Positions 50,434 through 60,305 of a stretch of 64,000 nt of DNA are shown here, in pieces. The DNA lies in contig JAXHMY010000001.1 in assembly GCA_034520965.1 (NCBI GenBank), forward strand, positions 224,001-288,000. Direction: 5' to 3'. The first letter of the stretch is position 1, and the number at the start of each line of letters is the position of its first letter. This stretch comes from Spirochaetia bacterium (GTDB lineage Bacteria; Spirochaetota; Spirochaetia; DSM-16054; Sediminispirochaetaceae). A program made the position numbers and the translations under genes. The notes beneath the pieces were generated by a model that worked only from the letters and a program-made list of their open reading frames with translations, was not told where the DNA came from and searched no databases.

Positions 50434-51654
50434 ATGCAGTTTCAATATGTGTGCAACGAGTGCGGTAAGGAATACAAGGCTTCGGAGATTATGTACCGCT
50501 GTCCGGCGTGCAACCGCAGCGAGAAGTCGGGGGAGATGCAGAAGGGCAATTTACGGACACTCATAGATCCGGATTACCTAAAGGGCTTGGCAAAACGGGA
50601 GTCGGTTGCACCGTCCGATTTCATGCCCTACCCTATACCCCACACAGCCACTTACCCGGTGGGTAACACCCCGCTTATTGGTCCTAAACGGCTGCGTGGG
50701 AAAAGCGGCTGCAGCGATCTGTGGCTGAAAAACGACGGCATGAACCCCTCGGGCTCCTTCAAAGACAGGGCCAGTCAGCTGGTAGCGGCCCAGGCGCTGC
50801 ATTTCGGCATCTCTACAGTCACCCTGGCATCCACTGGAAATGCCGGCTCGGCCATGGCATGTGCCGGCGCAGCCTACGGACTCGACATTGTGCTGTTCGT
50901 ACCCCACACGGCTCCCGAAAACAAGCTGCTGCAGTCGGTGCTTTATGGTGCCAAGGTGGTACCGATCGAGGACACCTACGATAAGGCTTTCAGCCTCTCC
51001 CTGGAGTTCACCGAGAAATACGGCGGAATCAACCGCAACACCGGCTACAACCCTATGACCATCGAAGGCAAAAAGAGTATCTCCATCGAATTGTTCAACA
51101 ACCTTGGCCGCAGTATTCCGGATGTGATGTACGTTCCGGTGGGGGACGGGGTAATTTACTCCGGTGTCTTCAAGGGTTTCTACGACCTGTATGTTGCCGG
51201 CCTAATCCCCAAACTGCCGAAACTCGTTGCAGTGCAGTCAACTAAGAGTAATGCCATTGCCACTGCATGGAAAACCGGCGACCTGAGTACGATCGACAAG
51301 GCCGCCACCCGGGCCGATTCCATCAGTGTAGCCAGCCCGGCTTGCGGCAGAATGGCGGTAGACTATATTAGTGATAGTGGCGCATGGGCAACTGAAGTGA
51401 GCGACGAAGAGATTACCGCCGCCCAGCTCGAGCTGGCCGCCGAAGCCGGTACCTTTGTCGAACCGGCCGCAGCTGCCGCCTACGCCGGATTCAACGCCGA
51501 CCTGGCCTCCGGGCGTATTAGCCGCGACCAGAAAATTGTGGTACTGCTGACGGGCATCGGTTTCAAGGACATGCTGGCTGTGACAAATGCAGTCTCCGTG
51601 CCGAAGGCCGTACAGCCGAACATGCAGGCGGTGGAAGAGTTTTTGAACAGCTAA
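50434..51654 (+). CDS. threonine synthase-like PLP enzyme with an N-terminal Zn-ribbon-like motif
   Basis: Motifs CNECG...CPAC, GNTPL, NPSGSFKDR, ASTGNAG, VPVGDG, EPAAAA. Confidence 0.85.
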   Translation: MQFQYVCNECGKEYKASEIMYRCPACNRSEKSGEMQKGNLRTLIDPDYLKGLAKRESVAPSDFMPYPIPHTATYPVGNTPLIGPKRLRGKSGCSDLWLKNDGMNPSGSFKDRASQLVAAQALHFGISTVTLASTGNAGSAMACAGAAYGLDIVLFVPHTAPENKLLQSVLYGAKVVPIEDTYDKAFSLSLEFTEKYGGINRNTGYNPMTIEGKKSISIELFNNLGRSIPDVMYVPVGDGVIYSGVFKGFYDLYVAGLIPKLPKLVAVQSTKSNAIATAWKTGDLSTIDKAATRADSISVASPACGRMAVDYISDSGAWATEVSDEEITAAQLELAAEAGTFVEPAAAAAYAGFNADLASGRISRDQKIVVLLTGIGFKDMLAVTNAVSVPKAVQPNMQAVEEFLNS

Positions 51655-51673
51655 AGCTGTTATTCAGCAAGGC

Positions 51674-52858
51674 CTACAATAGTTCCACAATAATTCCGGC
51701 AAGGACTACCGAGGCGAGAGTAACGGTGGTGAAACCTGCCACCAACATTTTGGGAAGAATTTGCTTTAGCAAAAACTCTTTCTCCTCGTCGTTCTCCGAA
51801 ATCGATTCGGAAACCTCCTGTGAGATGATATAGGTTCCTGGAAAACCGAAGAGACAGGTGGTGCTTATGGCAAGGCTTATCTCCCAGGAGTATTTTACTA
51901 TTTTACTGAGAACAAAAGAGACGGCAATCATTCCGATAAGGGCTATTGCAAAAGCAGTAACAATAGGGATGATAAAAGTGGCAACCATTTGTGGTGTTGC
52001 TTGTGAGAGATTCATAAAAATAGGAACAAGAAGGATAAAAAGCGCGAGTCCCGATGAATTGGCCTTATCCAGTATTTTATGTTCTATAAAGCCAAGTTCG
52101 TAAAAAATTATTCCGAATGCGAGAGCAACTACAAAGGGGTGGATAACCCCGCCGGTAAGCTCGGAGGCCTTTACCGCAAGCCATCCAACCAGGAGTGCCT
52201 TAGCAATACATATAAACGGCGTCTGAAGCGACTTAGGAAGCGGGGGGAAAACCCTCCAGGTAGGAACATCTGGATCCGATGCCGGCGTTATCTCTTTGTT
52301 CTCTGCTGCAGTTATAGTCCCGCAGCGGAACCGGCCTATCAGCCTATTCGATTCCCGTTTAAGACAGTATGAGGCGATGGGAAGACCCACAAAGCTCTGG
52401 AGAACAAGCAGGAGGGTAGCAAATACCGCCAAAGAGTCAAGTCCCTGAGCTCTTACCGCCTCACTCACAATGAGGGTTGCTACAACACCCCCTGAAATAG
52501 GGCCAACGGCGGTTATTGCACGTTCTCGCCCTATAAGCGGACCACCGAAAAGGAAAAGAACTATTGCAAGAGCGGCCAGGGCGGAGATAGCTACAAGGAC
52601 CGACTTCCATTCTTCCCGTAAGTTTCGCAGTTTCATAAAGCTGCCCATATGGACCATCAGCATTGCGATGAGGGCCATAGCTACGGGTATAAGCTGGGAA
52701 TCTTGAAAAAGGGTTTCGGGTATACCTAGCCAGAAACCCAGAAGAAATAGTAGACCACCGACAAACATCATAGAGAAGAGGGCCTTCGTTTTATTCGAGA
52801 CCACATCTCCCACTGCAAACACCATAGCTATAACGAGAATAGCTTCTTCGGTTCCCAT
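51674..52858 (-). CDS. polytopic membrane protein, probable transporter
   Basis: 394 aa, mostly hydrophobic, with GPISGGVVA and LFGFPG. RBS GGAGG. Confidence 0.75.
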   Translation of the reverse strand: MGTEEAILVIAMVFAVGDVVSNKTKALFSMMFVGGLLFLLGFWLGIPETLFQDSQLIPVAMALIAMLMVHMGSFMKLRNLREEWKSVLVAISALAALAIVLFLFGGPLIGRERAITAVGPISGGVVATLIVSEAVRAQGLDSLAVFATLLLVLQSFVGLPIASYCLKRESNRLIGRFRCGTITAAENKEITPASDPDVPTWRVFPPLPKSLQTPFICIAKALLVGWLAVKASELTGGVIHPFVVALAFGIIFYELGFIEHKILDKANSSGLALFILLVPIFMNLSQATPQMVATFIIPIVTAFAIALIGMIAVSFVLSKIVKYSWEISLAISTTCLFGFPGTYIISQEVSESISENDEEKEFLLKQILPKMLVAGFTTVTLASVVLAGIIVELL

Positions 52859-53014
52859 TTACCCGCCTCCTATAGTTACAATTCCCTTCTACTGAATAGT
52901 ATTGTCAGTGTTAATAGTATTTTACAAGCTTAGATAATATTTATCTTGGCGTTGTGGGTTTGGGAAGCTATGTTTATAATTAGGATTATAGCTTTTAGCT
53001 GAAAGGTTGATTTT

Positions 53015-55709
53015 ATGTCAAAAAAGATTCTTCTCGTAGAAGACGAGGCCCTCATTGCCATGAATGAAGCCCGGATGCTCGAAAAGCACGGCTATGAGGT
53101 TGTTACCGTCTATAACGGCGAGAAGGCTATCGAGGCGGTAGACTCGGACCCCGCTATTTCCCTCATTTTAATGGACGTTAACCTGGAAATGGGTATAGAC
53201 GGGACCGAGGCGGCCGAGCGGATACTGGAGAAACACGACCTGCCGGTGGTTTTTTTATCGTCACACACCGACCCTGAAACGGTAGAAAAAACCGAAGGGA
53301 TATCTTCTTACGGATACGTGGTAAAAAACTCCAGCATCACGGTGCTGGATGCTTCCATCAAGATGGCTTTCAGGCTCTACAACGCCCATCTGGAGCTGAA
53401 AACACAGAAACGGAACCTCAATACCGCGTTGACAAAGTATGAACAGACTGCAGAAGAGCTCTACGAAAGTGAACAAAAATACCGCTTCCTTGCGGACAAT
53501 GTGCAGGATATTGTGTGGCTTCGGGATTTGGGCAGTGAGCTTCCCACATATGTGAGTCCCTCGATAGAGAAAATAATCGGTTACACGCCGGAAGAGGTGC
53601 TTTCCATGGGGGCACAAAACATTCACACCAAGGAGTCCTACGACCGGCAAAGAGTATTATACAAGGAGCTGGTTGATAAGAAATTGACCACCTGCGGCCC
53701 GGTCGAACATGAGGTCATCCATAAAGACGGCCATACGGTCCCAATAGAGGTGAATCCCACCCTCATTTGGGATGAAGCAGATATACCGTCAAGAGTCGTG
53801 AGCGTAGCACGTGACATCTCTACACGCAAACAGGCAGAGGATGCGCTTCGGGAGAACAGCAAGACCGCGCATCAGTTCTTCTCTGAATCTGCAGCTGGCG
53901 CCTTTTTTATGATGCTCGATGAACCGATTGAGTGGAACGACTCTGTGGACAAAGAAAAAGTCCTCGATTATGTCTTTGACCATCAACGCATAAGCCAAAT
54001 TAATAAAGCAATGCTTGACCAGTATTTAGCTCGGGAAGAAGAGTTTCTCGGGAAGACACCCGAGCAACTGTTTGCCCATGAAGTGGAACATGGTCGCTCA
54101 CTTTGGTGGAAAATGTTTGATCAGGGATTTCTCAGTATTGACTCGAACGAACGCAGATTCGATGGAAGTCAGTTATGGATTGTGGGCAGCTACCGCTGCA
54201 TGTATGACGAGCAGGGAAGAATTACCGGACACTTCGGAACCCAGCACGATATTACCGAACTAAAGCAGGCCGAAGAAAAATTGCGTTTGAAATCCAGTTT
54301 CATAGATCGCATAGCAGAAGTATCTCCCGACCTCTTCATTATCTACAAAAGAGATGGCGAGTATATGGATATAATCACCGCTAACAAAGATAATTTGTTT
54401 TTAAAGAGAGAAGAGTTGTTAGGAAGTAAAATCCCTGAAGTTCTACCTGAGACAGCTGCTGCTACCATCATGCAAGGTATTGATGATGCACTCACGACTA
54501 ATTCACTTAAAGTAGTAGAGTATGAACTCGGAATAGATAATCAGATATTTGATTTTGAAGCTCGTATAACACCATTAGAAGAGGATAGAGTACTTGCGCA
54601 AATTATTGATATTACAGAACGTAAACAACTCGAAGACCAATTGAAGAAAAATGAGGAACGCTTTAAGACAATTTTTTATAACTCTGAAGTATCCCTTTGG
54701 GAGGAAGATTTCTCAGAGGTAAGGAAGATAATAGACGGCTTAAAAAAAGAGGGAGTAAAAGATTTTTATCGCTATTTTGATAACAATCCCGATGTTGTAT
54801 GGGACTTAGCGAAAAAAATCGATGTAATAGATATAAACGATGCGACTCTCAAGCTCTACGGTGCGGATTCAAAAGAAGTGATGCTGGGGTCTCTCGATAA
54901 AACGTTATATCTAACTGAGAATACTTACGAGCTTCTTAGAGATGAGTTTGTGGCAATAGCCGAAAAGAGAACAAGTGTCAAGGGAGAAATGAGAACAAGA
55001 ACTCTTTATGGGGAAGTCCGCGATATTACAATGGGGGTGTATATATCCAAAGAGAAAGATATAAAGGTAGTTGCTATTAATGACATAACGCCATATAAAA
55101 ATGCCTTAAAAGAAAAAGACTTCCTCATGAGAGAACTCAACCACAGGGTAAAAAACAATCTCAACATGGTCTCCTCACTTATCAGTTTAAAAGATGTGGA
55201 AATCGATTATGATCTATCCGATTTAAAAAACCGAATAGATGCTATTCGTTTGGTCCATGAGAAACTCCATCAGTCCGGAGAAGTTGAACAGATTAAGGCG
55301 AACGAATATACTTACGAAATTCTGGAATCTGTATTCTCTTCTTTTTCCGACCGAGAGGTGGCTGTAGTAAGTACCGTTGAAAATATAAACCTTAAGCCGA
55401 AAACTCTCGTGCCTTTAGGTATAGTGATAAACGAGATAGCGACAAACGCAGTAAAATATGGCTTTACCGATACTGAAGAAGCCCGGTTCTCTGTAGCAGT
55501 ATGAGAAAAGCGACTCCGATGGTAAGCACTATATCCTCACCCTTTCGAATACCGGTAATCCATTTCCTGAAGAGATAGGACTGGAAAGTCCGGAAACAAT
55601 GGGTCTACAGTTGGTATCTACCTTGGTAGCTCAGTTGAACGGTAGCATAGAACTGCAGAAATCTCCAAATCCGGTCTTCACTATAATATTCCCGACAGGC
55701 GAGGAATAG
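53015..55709 (+). CDS. hybrid REC-PAS-HisKA_2 histidine kinase (frameshift at about 55501)
   Basis: REC motif ILLVEDE, several PAS/PAC domains, H-box ELNHRVKNNL, NEIATNAVKYG. The shifted frame completes the HATPase (SNTGNPFPE...MGLQLV) with a stop at 55709. Confidence 0.9.
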
Positions 55710-55743
55710 AAAATGCAGCTATTCGCTTTTGAGTAAACCTACT

Positions 55744-58700
55744 ATGTCGAAAAAAATTCTTCTCGTCGAAGACGAAGCCCTCATTGCCATGTCGGAGGCT
55801 CAAATGCTCAAAAAGCACGGGTTTGAGGTGGTAAGCGTCTATAACGGCGAGAAGGCTGTAGAAGCGATAGACTCAGACCCTGATATTTCCCTCATTTTAA
55901 TGGACATCGACCTCGGGAAGGGAATGGACGGAACTGACGCGGCCGAGGAGATACTGGAGAAAAAGGATATCCCGATTGTCTTTTTATCCTCCCATACCGA
56001 AGCGGAGGTGGTGGAGAAGACCGAGGGAATTACCTCTTACGGATACATAGTTAAAAACTCGGGAGAGACGGTGCTCCTCGCCTCGATACGAATGGCCTTT
56101 CGCCTCTGGGAAAGCGAAGACAAGTATCATTCGGTATTCAAAACCACCATGGATGCAATACTACTTGTCGACAAAGAAACCGGGCGCATTATCGATGCCA
56201 ACCCCGCCGCCGAGAAGATGTACGGATATACCAGGGAGGAGCTGTTACATCTAAAGCCGTGGGATATGTCGGCGGAGCCTGAAGATACCCGCGTAATGAT
56301 ACAAGAGTTCGAAAGTGATAATTTTACTGTCAATGAACGGATACACACACGGAGGGACGGAACTCCCTTTAATGTAGAAATCTGTGCAAGCCAATTTACG
56401 ATGGGGGAGAGACAAATAAGACTCGGTACCCTGCACGATATATCCGAACGCAAGAGAATAGAAGCGGAGCTGCGGCAAAGTGAAGAACGTGCAAGAGCGG
56501 TAATAGAGACAGCGGAGGACTCCATATTTATAAAAGACAAGAGCGGAGTATATACCATGGTCAACCCCGCTATGGAAAAGCTCTTCGGACGTGAAGCTCA
56601 AGATATACTGGGAAAAACCGACTATGGACTCTTTGGAGAAGAAGCCGGTAAGGCTGTGAGTAAAGCCGATAAGGACGTCTACGAGGGAAAGACCCTTGAA
56701 GAGTTTCCTGCTAAACCCATTAATGGTACCCCGCATACATTCCACACCATCAAAGTCCCCCTGCATGACTTTGAAGACAACATTACAGGTCTTTGTGGAA
56801 TCGCACGCGATATTACCGAGCGCACGCAGGCCGAAGAGCTATTGAAAAAGCGTAACGCACGGCTCCATAAAATAAACCAGTATTCAATAGAACTCGGCTT
56901 TCTACGCTACGACGAGCTGTACCCCTATATTGTAAAAAAGCTCAAGGACATTTTCAAAACGAGCACGGCATGGGTAAGCGAGTACGATGAAAAGACTTCT
57001 CATCTGGTTGTGAAATCCACATCGTTGTCGGATAAAGAGAACTCCTGGGTTGTGAAAAAGCTCGGAGAAAAGGTGATAGGTTACAAAACACGGGTTAATG
57101 AAGAGCACTACAAAATGATGAGAAATGTTAAGGTGGGCAAGCCCCAAACTCTTTATGAGATCTCTTTTGGTGCGATACCGGAAAACATTGCCATATTAAT
57201 CGAAAAAGGATTACACCTGGAGTGGTTTATGACGGTGGCCTTTATAAACAAAGATACAATATCCGGGACGGCAGTCATTGCGGGCAAGCCCGGGGAGGAA
57301 GCTCCCAACAGAGAAGAAATTCTGGCATTTGCGGGTATTACCGGCGAAGTAATTAGGCGTAAGCGGGCCGAAGAGAAACTCGCGGCAAAGAAAGAGCTTT
57401 TAGAAAACATCACGGTCAATATGTTTGACTTGGTCGCCTTAACTGATATAGATGGCACGTATACATTTATCAGTAAATCCCACAGCGGTTTAGGATACGA
57501 TATCACCCATCTATTAGGAAAAAGCGTTTTTGCGTATATCCATCCCGAAGATATTACTCAAGTAAAAGCTTCCTTCAATAGAATTATGCGGAGTGATGAA
57601 ACGGAGGGGAAAGAAGAGTTCCGGTATCGCGGTGCGGACGGCAGTTATATATGGTTGGAGAGCGTAGGGAAAAAACTTCTCGGAGAGGAGGGAGAGGTAA
57701 AGGAACTGCTTTTCAGCTCCAGAGATATTACCGAACGAAAAGAGGCGGAAAGAGAAAACTTTGAGAGGAAGCAATATCTAGAGGTAATCCTCAATACTAC
57801 TCCGAGTGCTATAGTTACTTTGGACAGCGATAACAGAATAAGCGAGTGGAACAAAGGTGCGGAAGACCTGTTCGGCTATACAAAGGAAGAGGTGGTCGGG
57901 AAAAGAATTGATGACTTGATTACCGGCAAAGACGAGGAAATCCATAAGAACGCGAGTACAATAACGAATAAGGTGCAAGCTGGAGAAACCATTCCTCCTA
58001 CCGAAGGCGTACGATATACCAGGGAGGGAGCTCTTAGAGACGTCATAATTGCCGGCTCGCCTATAATGGTAGACAATACGTTTCAGGGAAGTATTGGAAC
58101 ATATATTGATATTACTCCACTTAAACAAAAAGAAAATAGAGTTCAAGAGTTGCTTAAAGAAAAAGAGCAGCTATTGAGAGAAGTACACCATCGAATAAAA
58201 AACCACATGAATACTATTGCTGCAATCATTTCTTTACGCAAGAGCCACGTCTCTGATTCACCTATAAACGCAGTCCTTGATGAGTTACACAATAAAATTC
58301 GCCTCATGCAAAATATTTATCAGACACTTTATACCGGGAATGAAGTTGGCACCATTCATATCAACTCCTTTTTAGGACAGCTCCTTTATGATATCCAATC
58401 TACCTACATCAAAGAGCCGTCAATACAAATAAAAACCGATATTGAAGATATAGAAGTCACGTCCAAACAATCCTTGCCCATCGGCATTATAGTAACCGAA
58501 CTCATAACCAATGCCATCAAATGCGCCTTTGAAGGCCGGGAAGAGGGAACGATATCAATCTCAATCAATAAAACGGATGAAGACTGGCTCAAAATACAAG
58601 TAGCAGATAATGGAACCGGCCTTTCAGATATGATTATAGAAAACAAGTCCTATGGTTTTGGTCTTACGCTTGTAGACGGGTATGTAAGACAATATGATGG

Positions 58701-58764
58701 GGAGATGAGTATTGATAACTCTCACGGTACGAATATAACTATTACTATGAATGTAGAGGAGTAA
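55744..58764 (+). CDS. hybrid REC-PAS-HisKA_2 histidine kinase
   Basis: REC domain, multiple PAS domains, EVHHRIKNHM, ELITNAIK, DNGTG, GFGLTLV. Confidence 0.92.
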   Translation: MSKKILLVEDEALIAMSEAQMLKKHGFEVVSVYNGEKAVEAIDSDPDISLILMDIDLGKGMDGTDAAEEILEKKDIPIVFLSSHTEAEVVEKTEGITSYGYIVKNSGETVLLASIRMAFRLWESEDKYHSVFKTTMDAILLVDKETGRIIDANPAAEKMYGYTREELLHLKPWDMSAEPEDTRVMIQEFESDNFTVNERIHTRRDGTPFNVEICASQFTMGERQIRLGTLHDISERKRIEAELRQSEERARAVIETAEDSIFIKDKSGVYTMVNPAMEKLFGREAQDILGKTDYGLFGEEAGKAVSKADKDVYEGKTLEEFPAKPINGTPHTFHTIKVPLHDFEDNITGLCGIARDITERTQAEELLKKRNARLHKINQYSIELGFLRYDELYPYIVKKLKDIFKTSTAWVSEYDEKTSHLVVKSTSLSDKENSWVVKKLGEKVIGYKTRVNEEHYKMMRNVKVGKPQTLYEISFGAIPENIAILIEKGLHLEWFMTVAFINKDTISGTAVIAGKPGEEAPNREEILAFAGITGEVIRRKRAEEKLAAKKELLENITVNMFDLVALTDIDGTYTFISKSHSGLGYDITHLLGKSVFAYIHPEDITQVKASFNRIMRSDETEGKEEFRYRGADGSYIWLESVGKKLLGEEGEVKELLFSSRDITERKEAERENFERKQYLEVILNTTPSAIVTLDSDNRISEWNKGAEDLFGYTKEEVVGKRIDDLITGKDEEIHKNASTITNKVQAGETIPPTEGVRYTREGALRDVIIAGSPIMVDNTFQGSIGTYIDITPLKQKENRVQELLKEKEQLLREVHHRIKNHMNTIAAIISLRKSHVSDSPINAVLDELHNKIRLMQNIYQTLYTGNEVGTIHINSFLGQLLYDIQSTYIKEPSIQIKTDIEDIEVTSKQSLPIGIIVTELITNAIKCAFEGREEGTISISINKTDEDWLKIQVADNGTGLSDMIIENKSYGFGLTLVDGYVRQYDGEMSIDNSHGTNITITMNVEE

Positions 58765-58784
58765 TCGAGGAACGGCACTTCCGT

Positions 58785-59186
58785 TTATTCCCACCAATCT
58801 TCGACCTGCAAATCCGGTACCCTGTAGAACTCCCGTGTGTTGTGGGTAACGACCGTGAGGCCAAGTGACCGGGCTGTCGCAGCGATCTGCAGGTCTCGTT
58901 CGCTTATCGGGACACCCCGCTGCTCGAGTGTCACCCGTATGTCGGCATAATGATCTGCCGCTTCTATGTCCATGGGAAGGACTTCGATATTGGAAGTGAT
59001 TGCGCTGAACTTTTTATCTCTTTCCTTGCGTCTCTCCTTCGATTTGTTAATCCCGTAGCGTATCTCTGCATATGTGATGAGGGTAATTGCGAGGTCACAC
59101 GGTCTTTTCATTTGTATTCGGGGGAGGATATGGGGATCTGCCCGCATCCAGTAGCTGACTATATTGGTGTCGAGAATATACCTCAC
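58785..59186 (-). CDS. vapC: VapC PIN-domain toxin
   Basis: Motifs YILDTNIV, DLQIAATA, VTHNTREF. Confidence 0.92.
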   Translation of the reverse strand: MRYILDTNIVSYWMRADPHILPRIQMKRPCDLAITLITYAEIRYGINKSKERRKERDKKFSAITSNIEVLPMDIEAADHYADIRVTLEQRGVPISERDLQIAATARSLGLTVVTHNTREFYRVPDLQVEDWWE

Positions 59187-59428
59187 ACCCGCTCCTCAAT
59201 ATCAACCGGTGAGCTCGAAAGTGGTTCCGGGATGGGAAAAGCTTCGTCCTTATCTTTCTCGAATAACTGCCAGAAACCGAACGGCCACTCTTCCTGCTCG
59301 ACGGGTTCGAGGATTACTCGGCTCCCCTCTTTCCATATTCTTACCTCATCTCCGTCAAAGCGATACTGTCGCGGAATTCGCACTGCCTGTGAACGTCCGT
59401 TTTTGAAGACTTTTGCCCTGTCCACCAT
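59183..59428 (-). CDS. vapB: VapB (AbrB/MazE-type) antitoxin
   Basis: AKVFKNGRSQAVRIP. Overlaps vapC by 4 bp. Confidence 0.92.
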   Translation of the reverse strand: MVDRAKVFKNGRSQAVRIPRQYRFDGDEVRIWKEGSRVILEPVEQEEWPFGFWQLFEKDKDEAFPIPEPLSSSPVDIEERV

Positions 59429-59450
59429 TTTTATCCTTCCCATTTTTGTT

Positions 59451-59489
59451 GATATATACCAGTATATATCATATCTTGGTCAATGTCAA
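59451..59489 (-). promoter_or_regulatory. vapBC promoter with a palindromic operator
   Basis: TTGACA(59489-59484)-17bp-TATACT(59466-59461). The palindrome GATATATAC-ca-GTATATATC (59451-59470) covers the -10 box. Confidence 0.75.
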
Positions 59490-59586
59490 TCGCTCCGAAC
59501 GTTATAGCCCCTTATGTCTAAATGAAGGAGAAAACTGCGGAGATATCGTACTTCTCGCTTGAATATTCGTATTGACTCTCTGATTA

Positions 59587-60137
59587 TTCAACGACAAAAC
59601 CATCCGCTCCTACATTGATATCCTGACCTCTACCTACATGGTCCGCCAGGTACAGCCATGGCACGCAAACCTGAAAAAGCGTCAGGTTAAATCGCCGAAA
59701 ATCTATGTTTCGGATACCGCAGCGATTCTCAATTTGGAAGTCTTCTGACTTCCAAATTGAGAATTCACATCAAATTCTTTGCGGAAATTTTTATATATCT
59801 TAACTTTTGGAGGCATTCTCAATTTGGATAGTGTAATTACACTATCCAAATTGCTGCTGATACCGGTCTTCTTCATCATTTACTAGGGCTCAGTGACATG
59901 GAGGACCTCTTGGGTCATCCTCAATTGGGCGCCTCCTGGGAGAGCTTTGTAATAGAACAAATACTGCGAAACATTCCCGCTCTTGTTCCCTACTTTTGGT
60001 CAACTTACAGCGGAACGGAGCTGGACTTTTTTGCATCCCATCGGGGAAAAAACATCGGTGTGGAATGCACGTTTACCGAGACACCTTGGCCGTGTTTTCC
60101 CGCTCGCTTGGAAACAATATTCTTGAGAGGTCCCTGA
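59587..60137 (+). pseudogene. remnant of an AAA+ ATPase/DUF4143-type gene, interrupted by an insertion
   Basis: TIRSYIDILTSTYMVRQVQPWHANLKKRQVKSPKIYVSDT, then after the insert DTGLLHHLLG...GASWESFVIEQI...YFWSTYSGTELDF. The N-terminal ATPase domain is absent. Confidence 0.75.
59713..59865. mobile_element. candidate non-autonomous palindromic insertion flanked by a GATACCG duplication
   Basis: Direct repeat at 59713-59719 and 59859-59865. The 139 bp between them contain two perfect inverted repeats. Confidence 0.55.
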
Positions 60138-60305
60138 ATTTTTCCTTCAAATCTTCGATAACCACTTTGATTTCATGTTTATTGCTCTATCTTCTATGCT
60201 GCAAAAATCTATATGTTGAGCTTAAGTTTACCCGAGCCTCTGCAATTTTCACTATTACTCTCCTTGAAGTGAGTAAAAATTTTTCCTATTATTAATTGTA
60301 CGCTT

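Noticed and set aside
55499..55510. TGA as selenocysteine or readthrough in the first kinase
   Set aside because: The continuation is in a different frame, so this is an indel rather than recoding. I saw no in-frame TGA in the Mo-enzyme or ygfK genes either.
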